From: Pristiophorus japonicus
Taxonomy: Eukaryota
DNA: 64,000 nucleotides
Reading direction: 5' to 3'
Assembly: GCF_044704955.1 (NCBI RefSeq)
Contig: NC_091981.1
Location: forward strand, 103,602,001 to 103,666,000
A program made the position numbers and the translations under genes. Position 1 is the stretch's first letter; each line of letters opens with the position of its first letter. Below the pieces are notes generated by a model. That model had not been told where the DNA came from and did no database searches. It saw nothing but the letters and a program-made list of their open reading frames with translations. Below, one piece after another: positions 39,301 to 51,700 of the stretch.

Positions 39301-42016
39301 CGATTTCAGCAGGGCAACCAAATCAAAATGTTTTACCTCTTAAATTCGGACTCTAGCCCATCTCAATGCCCAGCTAGACTATCCTGGAAATACTCTTGTT
39401 TCTGGATAGAGACAGTCTAGACCTAAAAAGAGCACATTTATTGTCGTTAAAATAACGCATCGTGAATCGGTTGCCAAATAGTAACTCATAATGGATTTGT
39501 GTTGTTCTTATTTTAGGAGCTGGATCCAATTACAGAAGTGTTTTATTGGAATGCCAGCCCGGAAGCTGAAGACATCGTACCAGCCGTTATATTATTCCAA
39601 TTATCTTGTTTTGATGGATCATAGCCAATAGTAAGAATAATAAAATGTACTTAACTGGAGCGATGAGACATTTAATTAAGTGCTATATACTTTTACTAAT
39701 GATCTTTTATTGTAAATATTAGGAGCGGTACTTAATTATGAGTGCAAACAATGCACGCTTTCTGGATGTACTTTTGTCAGGTATCAACATCAAATGCATC
39801 TGTTAAATTAAGAGCAAGATCATTGCAAGGAACAATTGAATTCTTTCACGAGGACAAACTGCGTCCAAACACGTTCAGAGTTTATATCAGCAACACTATG
39901 GAAATATATGAACAAAATATATGAATAAAATATTTAGACAATAAACAGAGCCGGGCATATGTCATGAAACACAACAATAAAGACAGGTGTTTCTGTACAA
40001 CTCTTTGGTGTTATGTGTATTATCCAGATCATAGTTGCACAAGACAAGCAGTACATAGGCAGAATAAGTGCTGCACTTTGCTCAGAATTACATATGTTAG
40101 TGCATTTGCTGGAGCACCATAACTCTGCCACTTATTGTAAATCGCTCAAATTAATGAATCATAGAGGAATTTAGCTTATGCCTCTTCATTTACAAACGCT
40201 GCTGCCTACAGTTGCCTCTCAGCCCTGCGCATGTAAGAGATGGTGATTTATTAACGACAGGAAAATTGAACAAAGCAGCACAGCTACACCGTGGTATCCA
40301 GGCATACATACTGTGAACTAGAACATCATCATATGTGTTTGTATTTGTTGCAATTAATCATGAAAAAAATCTAAAATATTACTGACACGCGATAGACTGA
40401 CTAAACACCATCACAGACATGCCGTGATTTAAATCTGAATACTAAAGGGCGCTATTCATCACATTTATGACAGTTTTAAGAAATAAAAATATTGTAAAAT
40501 TATAAACAGAATAAAGCATGGATCATAAAGACACTACTTACCACAATTCTTGCCTGATTTGTGCCTTTCCCCTTTCTGAGACAGATCTTCCAATTATAGA
40601 CTTATTTTTAAAGGAAAGTTCAATTTCACATCAGACTGAAACAGATCTAGTGCGAATACTGACGACTACATATCTATTCCGGACCGGCTGCATTAATTAT
40701 TTAATGAGTCACGTGACTAGGGAGATTAAAATTTCAATACATACACAGAGGAGATGCGTGACCCTTTTTCTTGGAGTGTGGAGTGTTTTTTTCTCTTTGC
40801 GCCCCTTCTTCCTTGAATTTTTATTGTTCTGGCTTTTTTTTTAGTCTTTGGATACTTGCTGGTATGTGGTAATACAAAAATGACTGGCTTATGCTGATCC
40901 CAGATTTGACAGGTCTGCCATTTATGTCACCTATAGTTCGAACTGCCTCACTCCAATATTCTTGGTCATTTCTTCAAGCTGTCTTTATTGTCCGCCTGAC
41001 AGTTTGATATTGAAGCTCAGTGTTACAGTACCCCGCGTATATAACAGTCACATGTAAGGCAAACTCTTTCATATATGACTTTACATCCCCGCAAGGCTGC
41101 TAAATTTGACACCGAATCGACCCTCAATAGCCAAAGTCGATATTTTATTTTACCACCTAAATGTGTATTAGTTTTGTTATTATGTCTGGTAGACTTAGAA
41201 AGCCCACGATTACCACAGTGCATAGGCTAGTTCATTTAAGGGTGATAAGGAACATTGTGTTCTACAAACAGTTGATTAAAAAATACTTCCAGTGAATTTA
41301 ATGGTTGGTGGCAATTTTGCTACCTGCTTTAATTGTGCTTTAAACTCAACCTGCAGTGTTTTCAGTTTGATGAAATCATGCGGTTGCACGTTTGAATGAA
41401 CAAACTAAATGTTGCATCATTTTTAAAAAATTAAATACGAATACATTTCCAAAATACTGGCTGCAAAGAGCTACGGGCACAGATATAATTTCTAGAAAGT
41501 AAGCATGTGTTTGATGGAAAAAATGCCAGTTACTCCTCTATTCAATAATCAGAACAATAGAGCCACCCCCACTCCCACAATAAGTGAATTATCTCACAGT
41601 AACATGTGAAGGATTGGAACCATTCTTTTAAATTGTGACAACCATTAACTACAAAAATTTTATTAACTGAACCATTTAAAACAAGCATTGTTTCTTACCA
41701 CGTACGAAGATTGTATTTAAACGGACTTTTCGCGATTACGTATAAATCAATATTATTTTTCACACAAGCACATAACCACACAGTAAAATGCACAATATAT
41801 AAACCTTTCTCTCAGTATCGCCGTATACGTAAACATTAATTTTTAAAATATATTATTTGGATTTTTTATAAGAGATTTTTGATAACGAAAGACATTCTTT
41901 AAGCTCCTATCTGCAGGCATAGGAAATAGTGGAAAGAGCACTGTCCATCTTTGTAAAGGTCAAGGGTTTGAGGGGTCAGTCTGCGCCGCTAAAAATGGCT
42001 AATCGGTCAGAAAATT

Positions 42017-42033
42017 TGTCCTCTTGGTGAACT
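42017..42033 (-). promoter_or_regulatory. Hoxa4 3' DR5 RARE (Hox4 neural-enhancer type)
   Basis: Minus strand AGTTCA ccaag AGGACA, 2.6 kb 3' of the Hoxa4 stop. The AGGACA half-site is typical of the Hoxa4/Hoxd4 3' RAREs. Confidence 0.82.
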
Positions 42034-44628
42034 CACTCTGGTTGCCCAGCCGTTGATAAACAATGCAACGTTTTATTACAAAAGACCGTTCGATTTACAA
42101 TAAACTAAAACATCAAAGAGAAAGAAAATAAAGATGCATACGGGTTTTCATTTGCCAACGGCGCCTAAAGTTTGATCATATAAAGGATTGGCTTTAATAA
42201 ACTTGTACTTTCCAAAACTTCCGTTAAATACTGTAAATTAGCTTTGCCTTTGAAAATATGCGTTTTATAATTTTCTGTGGTAATAAACATTGTCCAACAA
42301 GAAACAACTATTCCAAGGTGGAGAGGGGGGGTGGTGGGGAGACATGGTGTGCGTCGAGATGGCCACATTTTATTCGGGAGAATCCAGTGTGTTCACACAC
42401 ACTTTTCCAAAAGAACGCCCTTCAGACTTGCTGTTGAAGTATACAAAGAAGTATTTATTGAATGAGGTGATTAATGATTCTGGGTAAAATCTGGTATTTT
42501 CAATCTGTTTAAAATTCCTTTTACAGACAAGCAAGCACGACTGCCTAATGGGGTTGAATTTTCTCATCGTATTATTCTTTGTCTTTCTATATGCTTTTGC
42601 GCTCGTCTTAAAGCTATTATACAAAACATATTTAAGAAAGTCTATGCCTGCTAGTGTTAGCAGTTGTTGTTTGCCATTTGTAAAAACAAAATATTTGTCT
42701 AGTTCGCAGCAAAATATATTTTTCTCTCTGAAGAAGCTGAAATTAGGAAATTGTATCCATTTCGTGAAATTCCCACCGAAAGTTCTGAATACATTATTTG
42801 TGAGCAATTTCACATAATTACAGCGTCTTCCAATTTTTAGACAAAATAGTTTTAGCGGGAAATACATCCAATATGCTTAATAAATGAAGTGTATGTTCCC
42901 CACCATTAACATGGTGCATTCTGTGTATTGATATCGTTTGTTCTTATTATCCATTCTATTTGACGAGGAAACGAACAGCTATGAACGAATTTTTCTGCTG
43001 TGATTTTTAAATGGCTGCTCGGACATACAGATGTATCAAAATCGATAACATGGTTTTGAAGAAGTGCATTATTTGTTGTACAAAGAAACCTCCGATGTAT
43101 ACTATTTCTTTCAGGGACCCTGATAATTGTTATGTCTTCAAGCAATCAATAACATTGATCATATTCGAATTTTATCATAATTATAGAACTAGAATATAAT
43201 GTTCAGTGAAATTGTTTAGCAACCCTTTCCCCAAGATTAACAAATTAAATCACAGTATACATTCGAATATTTACTTCTGCAGTTTATGGTTTATTTGGCC
43301 ATATAGTACATGTAATAAAATAAGTATTCATTGCGATTTTATATTTAAAATGTTACTGTCGCGTTAAATTCTGTAATGTATGAGAAAGCACAACAGTATA
43401 AGAAAGTCAAAGTAAAAATAATCCCACATGACTTCACTGCACTCTAGGATCAGATATATAACATTTAGGGTTACAAAAGGCCGTGTTCGCCACCTTATAG
43501 CTGACATTATTTGATCGCCTCACATTTTACTGCATTATTTACGACTTGGTGACGTAGAACTTGATGTGGAAAGGCTGTAGAAATATGAAATCTAGATCCA
43601 GGCAGTAATTTATCCTCGTTCTCTGAGTTATTCTTCAGAACTACACTAGATATTTTGCAGTGGGGTTTTTAAAAAAATGTTTTTATTTTGAAAATAAGAA
43701 TATGAACAAAAATATAGTCAAACCAAATCACTTAAATGCATAGTCACGTTTTGGAGTCGAAAAAAGTCTGACTCTCTGTGTGTTTGCTAAATCCTGACTG
43801 GAAGTAAATTATACACATAAGAACTGAGTTGATCCACGAATTACCATTTTATTTAAAGCCCGGGCTTTATTTTTACACTGTAATTTATGTCTTTCGTTTT
43901 AGCAACATTTGGCACTGCACATAGCACACTGAAATATCCACAGAAAAATACACAAATCTTACCAATGATTTGTACGGTTTCGTCACAGTTTGGACTGTAC
44001 CAAAATTGTTAAATATACAACGACTCGTCTGAAATCTCTGGATAAGATCCTTGCACATTCGTTATACTGATACCAGTACCACAACTATATAGAGGATACA
44101 GGTTTAAAATTAAAAAAAACACGTTAAATAATGATGGCGACATAATTTATTTTCTATATATGTAGCATCTGGACAGTTAATCACTCTAAAACCATTTTCC
44201 ACATCCACACATATTGCTGCCTCTCTCATTTTCTAAAACAGATTTATTCTTAAATTCTCACAAATATTCCAACAGACTACACTAGTTGAAATTATGACGC
44301 TTACAGTTCCTCACAATATCTATTAATCACTGTCCTCTGCTCTTTTTGCTTTGAATATCATGGAAACAGCCACTTTGATAGAACCAAGCATCAGTTCATG
44401 TGGAGTTAATGAAGGATACAGAATGTACCCAATCAAACAGAAAACACTTTGAATGTCTGCAGAGAATAGGTTAACACAATATAAATGCTTGTCCCTTTTG
44501 GGGTTAACAGCATCCACCTGGAAGAAAATTCTCACTGCAAGAAATCCCTCCACATTCAAGTCAGTTATGTGGCAAACACATTTTGGTCCAAACTATGTTG
44601 TGGGAGAGGGGTTGGAGACTCGAAGCAG

Positions 44629-44954
44629 CTATAGGCTTGATGAATTTGGTGCTGAACCATCTGGCTGTGGGCCCTGGGAGGGTACTTGTGTTTGCTGGCC
44701 TGCAGAAGATGATGAGCTAGCAGAACGCATCTTAGTGTTAGGCAGTTTGTGATCTTTCTTCCATTTCATCCTTCTGTTCTGAAACCAGATCTTCACCTGG
44801 CGTTCAGACAGGCAAAGAGTGTGTGCAATCTCAATGCGTCGACGCCTGGTTAGGTAACGGTTAAAATGGAACTCCTTCTCCAGCTCTAAGACTTGTTGTC
44901 TCGTGTAAGCAGTTCGAGACCGTTTGGGCTCTCCTCCAGTGTAATTTGGGTTCA
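44629..44954 (-). CDS. HOXA4: Homeobox protein Hox-A4, exon 2 (homeodomain)
   Basis: [70 protein letters not shown]. Acceptor gttcag at 44956-44955. The joined protein is 247 aa. Confidence 0.97.
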
Positions 44955-45171
44955 CTGAACAAAACAAAAAAAGTAACCAAACATAAATACAGACACAGGC
45001 ATGAATCTGACAATGGGATTAGATGCACGTGAATGAAGGTTATAAAAGACAAGACTTTTTTTTCAAAGTGTTCTGACAACGGAGAACAATCTACTGCAAT
45101 AAAATGGCTCTGGGTATTTAGGTTAGAAAAGCATCAAAGACACATGGCCAGGAGCAAGAGCCAGGGCAATC

Positions 45172-45224
45172 AAATTTATGGGCGCTGTAATTACCGACCT
45201 AACAGTTAGGTGATCGTAAATCTC
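45172..45224. promoter_or_regulatory. Hox4 intronic HB1-type homeodomain/Cdx binding element
   Basis: aaatTTATGggcgctgTAATTAc followed by TCGTAAATC, ~85-135 bp into the intron, as in other Hox4 introns. Confidence 0.7.
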
Positions 45225-45307
45225 ATGAAAGGGCTAGTTACAGAAAGGGTTCCGCACATCCGATTTCAAGTGAATTTTAATTGTTTCAGTTAGCTTTAGT
45301 TACTTAC

Positions 45308-45725
45308 CGGTGGTAACGTGAATTTTCTTCATCCACGGGTAAACTATGGGCTCTTTGCTGAGAGTACCTTTCTGGGCAGTGGAATTTTTCGCATTCTGGC
45401 TACACAAAGCTGGTGTGGCTATTGGGACCACTTCACAAAGCTGATTCTGTCTCGGTATGTGATTTTGGAGGCTAGCCTGCGACTGCACATGACCCCTTTG
45501 CGACATGTCTTGGTTGCCAGTGCCTTGGACATTGTTGAAGCTGTAGGTCGGCTCTGGGTAGTTTGATTGTGGGTATAGTGCCTCATGATGGAATCCAGGG
45601 TCCCGCGGCCGCTCGTAGTATTCAGGAGATTGGCTTGGTATGTAGTTATTTTGAGAATATTCCTCACAAGGTGGAAATTTTGGCTCAACGTAGTTGGAGT
45701 TTATCAAAAACGAACTCATGGTCAT
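45308..45725 (-). CDS. HOXA4: Homeobox protein Hox-A4, exon 1
   Basis: MTMSSFLINSNYVEPKFPPCEEYSQ and KEPIVYPWMKKIHV. Donor G|GTAAGT at 45307. Confidence 0.97.
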
Positions 45726-45823
45726 TAATTTCTGAAGTGCAAAATACTAATTTTTCTCGCGTTGTCGTTTTTCTGTTCCATAAAACCCTCCTACTTGCTG
45801 TCAAGTGTATAAAGTTAGCTGTC

Positions 45824-45844
45824 CATGTGATGTAAGCAGCCAAT
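45824..45844 (-). promoter_or_regulatory. Hoxa4 proximal promoter E-box/CCAAT module
   Basis: CATGTG (45824-29), 10-bp spacer, CCAAT (45840-44). A second CCAAT lies at ~45882. Confidence 0.55.
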
Positions 45845-48704
45845 GGGATGAGTAGCTGTGGGCCCCGGATAAGGAAATACACCAATGATGAATGCATGGA
45901 GTCCAGTCAAAAATTCCATATTATCATTCAAAATCTCGTTTCCCCTGAAATTATGTTGTCGCATAGAAAGAAAAAACTGCAACACTCAGGAAAACACTAA
46001 TTTTAAAATCATCTAAAATGGGTAATGATGTTAAGATGTTTTATCGAATGCTAATATTTGAAAATGTATGTTGACGGGGGAAAAATCACAAGATAGTATC
46101 AGCAGAGATCTGCTACTGTCTGAAATAGTTTACTCTTTTCTGAGAATGCTTCTCTACAAAACATGTTTCAGTGCTTTCTCTGGGACAAAATTAAGACTGT
46201 TGGGAAAATAATTACGAGAATTCAACACACTCGCGTGTCCTTTCTAGTATAAAAGATGCTATCAAAGACATTCTGAGATCCAGCCCATACAAGAAGAATT
46301 TCAATAAAATTGCGAAAATACTTGGATTATTAAATAAAATACGTATTTTTAAGTCTTAGAAAAGATCGAATATCTCATTGCAGAGCTTAATGTAAATTCA
46401 AAGTATATGCCGAAGTGTTAAATAACTAAGGCAACGTTAGAGGATTTTGTCCATTTACTGCATATATATATTACATAAACGTTATATAATCAATTGAGAT
46501 TATTACTCGGCATAATAAATGTTGGTTACAATATGCCATAATTTACTTGTTCGATTGTAATGTGGTATATTTAACAAAATACTGTGCTGCGAGATTCTGT
46601 TTTAGCCCTTCTTTAATTGATCTGCATAAAATAAAATTATAGAAACGAACATTCTGTTAGTCGAGATACCCAGTAAAAGTAGATACTGATCGCATACTTT
46701 TTTTTAATGCACAAAAACACAACTATTTATAAAACGATTAAATTGAATGGAGCTCAATTCTAAGGTATTTAACACACATTTTGTATTGTACATTTGAATT
46801 TTGGAACAAAACTGCTAATTTCAAACTCCCTACATAATTAAATCCTGACTATATCAATTACATTTCAGGTGATTCTAACATAGTCACACGATTAAGACTG
46901 AATATAGTATAATTTGTTACTTCAATAAATGTAATCCGTTTCAGAAACATATAAAACACCAGCAGTAATTGGTAACGCCTTGTAATGTTTACTTCCTTTT
47001 TTCAGAAACAAACATAACCTGCCGTAAACATTTGCAAACTAATTAGCTTGTCATATTAGTTAACGTGATTAAAATGACATAATTTTTTATATTTGAATTA
47101 TTATCTACCTCAAACAGCACGCAATATGAAATTGACTAAATAGAAAAGTGACAATTTAGATACACTGCACGTTATTTTTTCAAAGTAGTCATATGCAATA
47201 TGCCTTCTTCCCTGAAATATAATCGATTCACAACATGAGTTCTTGTCAATCAAGGACGCATTATAAAACCCTGTTTTAATGTTTGGACAATATACTCTAT
47301 CCGGACATACAAGCTAACATTTCATTAGAATGAACCCTCTTCAACCATTACAACACATAGTTTGTAGGGTACATTTACCAACCCACCCTGTTTTGCTGCG
47401 CAGTGTAATCGTCCATTAGAACGCTTTCAGCTAAATATCTCGCAGTAAAATCAATTGCCTTTCCGTGTAATGAACACGTTTATTTCCACTGCTCACTATA
47501 CAAAGGGGATGTGTAGGGTAAATCATCATGGAAATAGACTTAATATTTTGTCCGATTTTATTTTATTCACCAAGAACATCTTGTGTAAATGTTTATATTT
47601 AGGTCAGTCATAATATATATTTTAAATGGTTACGAAACAGTCTTATAATGTAAACTGGTCCAAATGATGTCACTAAAACTCTTTTCGCAAAAAAAAGCTC
47701 CCATAAAATTCAACTTTCCAAAAATGTGTTTTCTTCTCGTTGACAGGGGCGATGTGCATCGTTTTGCTCTGACCACGTAACTTGCCTGTAAATAACGCAG
47801 TCGAGTAATTAGCTGGGGCAATGTGTGTATTTAAGCGGTTTGTAGAAAAATGGGAAATAAAGGTTCTTATTGCATAAACACAAGGCATTACTTAGAACGA
47901 GCAAATGCAGGTCAGTCCCCTCTGCAGTTTTTTCATAATAAACAGAGATCGAGCCAGGACCCCCAAGTGTTACCTCGCCTGCGTGCACATTTGACATTTT
48001 TACTGCAAGGGTAGATTTACAGCCATTTTAAAGCGAAAGGCAAAGTTAACTCTTTTTACATTTCGAAAACGTGTGTGTTTTAAGAGCTAATATCAAATTT
48101 ACACTTTAGAAAGTGTCGAGATTATGAAATCTGTTTTACGTAAAAGATCATCCAAGATCCGAAGCATTGAAGGAAAGATTTGTTTCAAGGTTTGATAAAT
48201 CAGACATTAGACTTTACCAGTTTTAATTCTCCTCCGAACAGCAAATCAGTAGTTTAGATGATAAAGAGTGCCATAATTTCTTCATTTACCGTCTGAATCC
48301 GTCAGCACTGCTCGGGGTGTATCAGATAGATTGTACCAAGGTGACTTGTGATTGTTTTCCAATTATATCTGGGACATATGGTTAAAACAGCCGGTGTCCG
48401 ACTGACAAACAAAATAAAACAAATAAAATATACATTTGGAAGATATATCTTCGAGCAGGCTTGCACCACATCCCACAGAGCTGCACAACTGTGCGTTTAT
48501 TGGACTACAACACGGGAAACAAAACAAAAGATTTTATTCAATGAAATGAGATTTCGTAAGGGATACGCTAAGCTAAGTTTGGAAGTGACCGAAAAGTGAC
48601 ACCGTGTGCATTTTGTTTCTTATTAATCTTATACATTGACAGTCTTTGTTAAGTAACAAGGCGTGCCATTCGTGAGGCGACATTTTCATATTTGTTAGAC
48701 GCGG

Positions 48705-48721
48705 TGACCTGAATTTCACCT
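48705..48721 (-). promoter_or_regulatory. Hoxa4 5' DR5 RARE
   Basis: Minus strand AGGTGA aattc AGGTCA, ~3 kb upstream of the Hoxa4 ATG. The known mammalian element is AGGTGA acttc AGGTCA. Confidence 0.88.
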
Positions 48722-51700
48722 CGGCCTTGGACTTAGCCATTTCTAAAAGGCCTATAGTGCTCTTTCAAATATCAGGGTGTTTTGCCCAGGTCATTACCTT
48801 TGTAGAGGGGGAAACTAGGCAAAATGAGTGGTTTCTATGCAGTCCTGAGTGTTTCAATAGCCCATTCGGTAACCGTCTTTAAATATTTGTAAATAAAATG
48901 CACACGGTTTCTAGTAAAAATCAATAGATGTGTAATGTTTTGTTTGATGTATCACAGAAAGCAATTAAAGTGGAGGCATATTGAATAACATTTAACGGCT
49001 TCTGTAATTAGATAATTTGTTGTTGGAATTTGAAATTAATTTAACTTGCAAAAAAAGTTACACAAAGGACTGCCTTGTTTTACCAATACATCTGCAATTC
49101 ATTTCAAATCTCTCATTTGTGCCTCCATCTGTGTGCTACAGGGTTCAAAACTTAAGCAGGCTGTTTTTTTTTTAAATCGAATCCTAAAATAATTTAGATT
49201 TTTAGGATAAAATTATGTTCAATTTGTAATCTTCCGTTTTAAAACAGTGACAAAAATCCACATATTTCTATTTCATCAATTTAGCGACCCTAATCCATGT
49301 GTTATCGCTTACGTTTTAATGTCTTGCAAACTATTCTAGTAACAAGTGTCAATTTAGCAAAACGAAATTATTCGTTTGAAATACGTTTCTCATCTTTCTC
49401 AAGGAGATTAAAAGGTCAGATTATATATAATGGATATTTTTTATGCTCTTCTCTACTATAAAATGCAGTACTCCTCTTTCATTTAAATCCACGATATTTC
49501 TCTCCGTCCGTTTTTTTCTGTCAGCCTCTCTCCCTATCTATCCATACATGCATACACGCTAAAGTTTGTATTTTAAATCAATGTTATATTTCAAGTGGAA
49601 TGCGATTTGTTGGAAAATGTTCTGTGGACTGCGAATAAAGAAGGCTTCTTAACCTATTGAATAATGCATTTATTGTAACCTCAGATATTAAATGATTGGT
49701 CTTTTGCAAATTTTAGTATATGGTGTATATTTTGAACAGCTCGTAATAAAAACTATTTTCGTTTATCTCTGCATAATATGCGTCTTTTTTTAACCGATCC
49801 ATTACCTGTGTGCTAATTATTATGTTTTCGAAGGTACACATTCTCCAGTTGCACAGAGTAGAAGAATAATAGTATTGACCTCCGAAATAGATATGTCAGA
49901 AATTGTGTATCTCGTTTCTCGCAATATGTGAGAATGAAGTGATATAACATTAAAATTTTATAAGCTAATATGGTTTTAAACTTTCTTGTAGCATCTTTAA
50001 ATAAAGTACATTTGACTTTTATCTTGAAGACATCTAAACGGAAAAGGTGCAGCTAAACGATTATGTTTGATATCAAATATTATATCTGGGAAAGGATTTA
50101 ATACCACATACAACATGTGTTCTTGTTTTACATGCTGAAATCTCACAAATCATGTGAAATGGGCTTCAGTCCTTTACTTTAAACATCACGGGCCACAGCT
50201 AATTTTAAATTGTAATACTTTATTTACATTACGAATAAGGTTATCATGCTTGTTATGCTGATCGATTTTATATTATTCTTGAAATGTATTTTAGCAGTGA
50301 GAAAATAAGAGTGAAAGGCACAGTCGGATAGTTATTAAAATAAATAAAAGTGTTTGAAGAGCTATACATAAATGTTATTTCTGCATTGTAGACAAGGGAC
50401 TTTTAAAAAAATTGATAAGCATTCTATCGCTCTGGGCCTGAGAGTATTCTTGTACTATCTAAACGGAACTGAAAGAAATACAAAATAGGTCACATATTTC
50501 AAACTATATGATTTAAATTACATATAAATTCAAATATATGTATTTTTGAAATGCTGATTAATTTTAAATTAGCACCAGTGTTTCTATATTTTTAAAACGG
50601 GTTCATAATCTGGGGAATGTCTGTGAATCTAAGCCAACTGATACCGATCTTGCCTTGAGTTAGACGGTGTACACTGTTGTGTGGTGTAATTTGATAGGCA
50701 GACGGCTGCTGTATTTCGATCTCAAAAAAACGGCATTCGACGCGTAAAAAGGCGAATTCAAATAAAACAATTCGATTTCTTTTTACGTGAAAAGTCTCTT
50801 AATTTTGTTTGTACAGTTGCTAAAAGTTTACCTGCTGCACATACACAGCAGATAGAAAAATTACCGTGGTCAATTTTTCAAGATGAAATACAACGTGTCT
50901 CGATCATGAAAAGAATATTTTTTTCTTTCCTTTCGTCAGTAATTGAGGTCGTTCAGTCGCTAGGGTTCACCTGGAGTCCAGAGTATGATACACGAGTAAC
51001 TCAAAGCTATTTTATCTTTTGTGCTGATAGTCAAGATCGCGCTATAACATTGACATCAAACTCTGTCTGAGCAGATGATTACAAGTCGTGCAAAACGTAA
51101 ACTTTTGACCCTCAACTTTTTGACCTACAGTTGTACCGCCCTACCAACCACGGTACAGGGAGCCTTTTTTCAAAGCACCACTGAGGTCTGAAATAATATC
51201 CCCTTTCGTTCACTATTTTCATGATATACTGCTAATTTCAGGTTTGGGAATGATGAAGGCATCGTCCGCACCCCACTCCTCGCGAAACCACACTTTCGTC
51301 CCGTCCCCCATAAGTGAAACATTTCTTTAATCTCAAAAATGGCATGAACCTCAACTGTCTGCAAGCTGTTTATTCAAGTGCTCTTTTATTTAGTTGGATA
51401 TGCCAAAGTGGGTAAGTTTTTACTGCAGCGGCCAGCCAATGTAATTATAGATAGTATAGCAAAAAAAACAAATTCATTAAGCTTTTGAGTCTATTTTAGT
51501 ATTTCCGTCCTTTTTTGTTGTACTGATAGAACAATGGATGCGTGAGCTCCCAGTCCATGCTAATACAATATGACTGTGAACTTGGTCTAAAGCGAGCTCT
51601 GCTGGTGAGTCGCAGAGTGTGCAGATACATTTTCCTGTAATTCTCTTTCTCTCTCTCTTTCCTGAATACATATCCTCTTAGGTTTAAGCAACGCAAAACC

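Noticed and set aside
41957-41978. AGGTCA-N10-GGGTCA beside the Hoxa4 3' RARE
   Set aside because: Non-canonical spacing; cannot be supported as an element without conservation data.
42370-42867. 165-aa minus-strand ORF between Hoxa3 and Hoxa4
   Set aside because: AT-rich, F/K/N-biased translation with no recognisable domain; consistent with chance.
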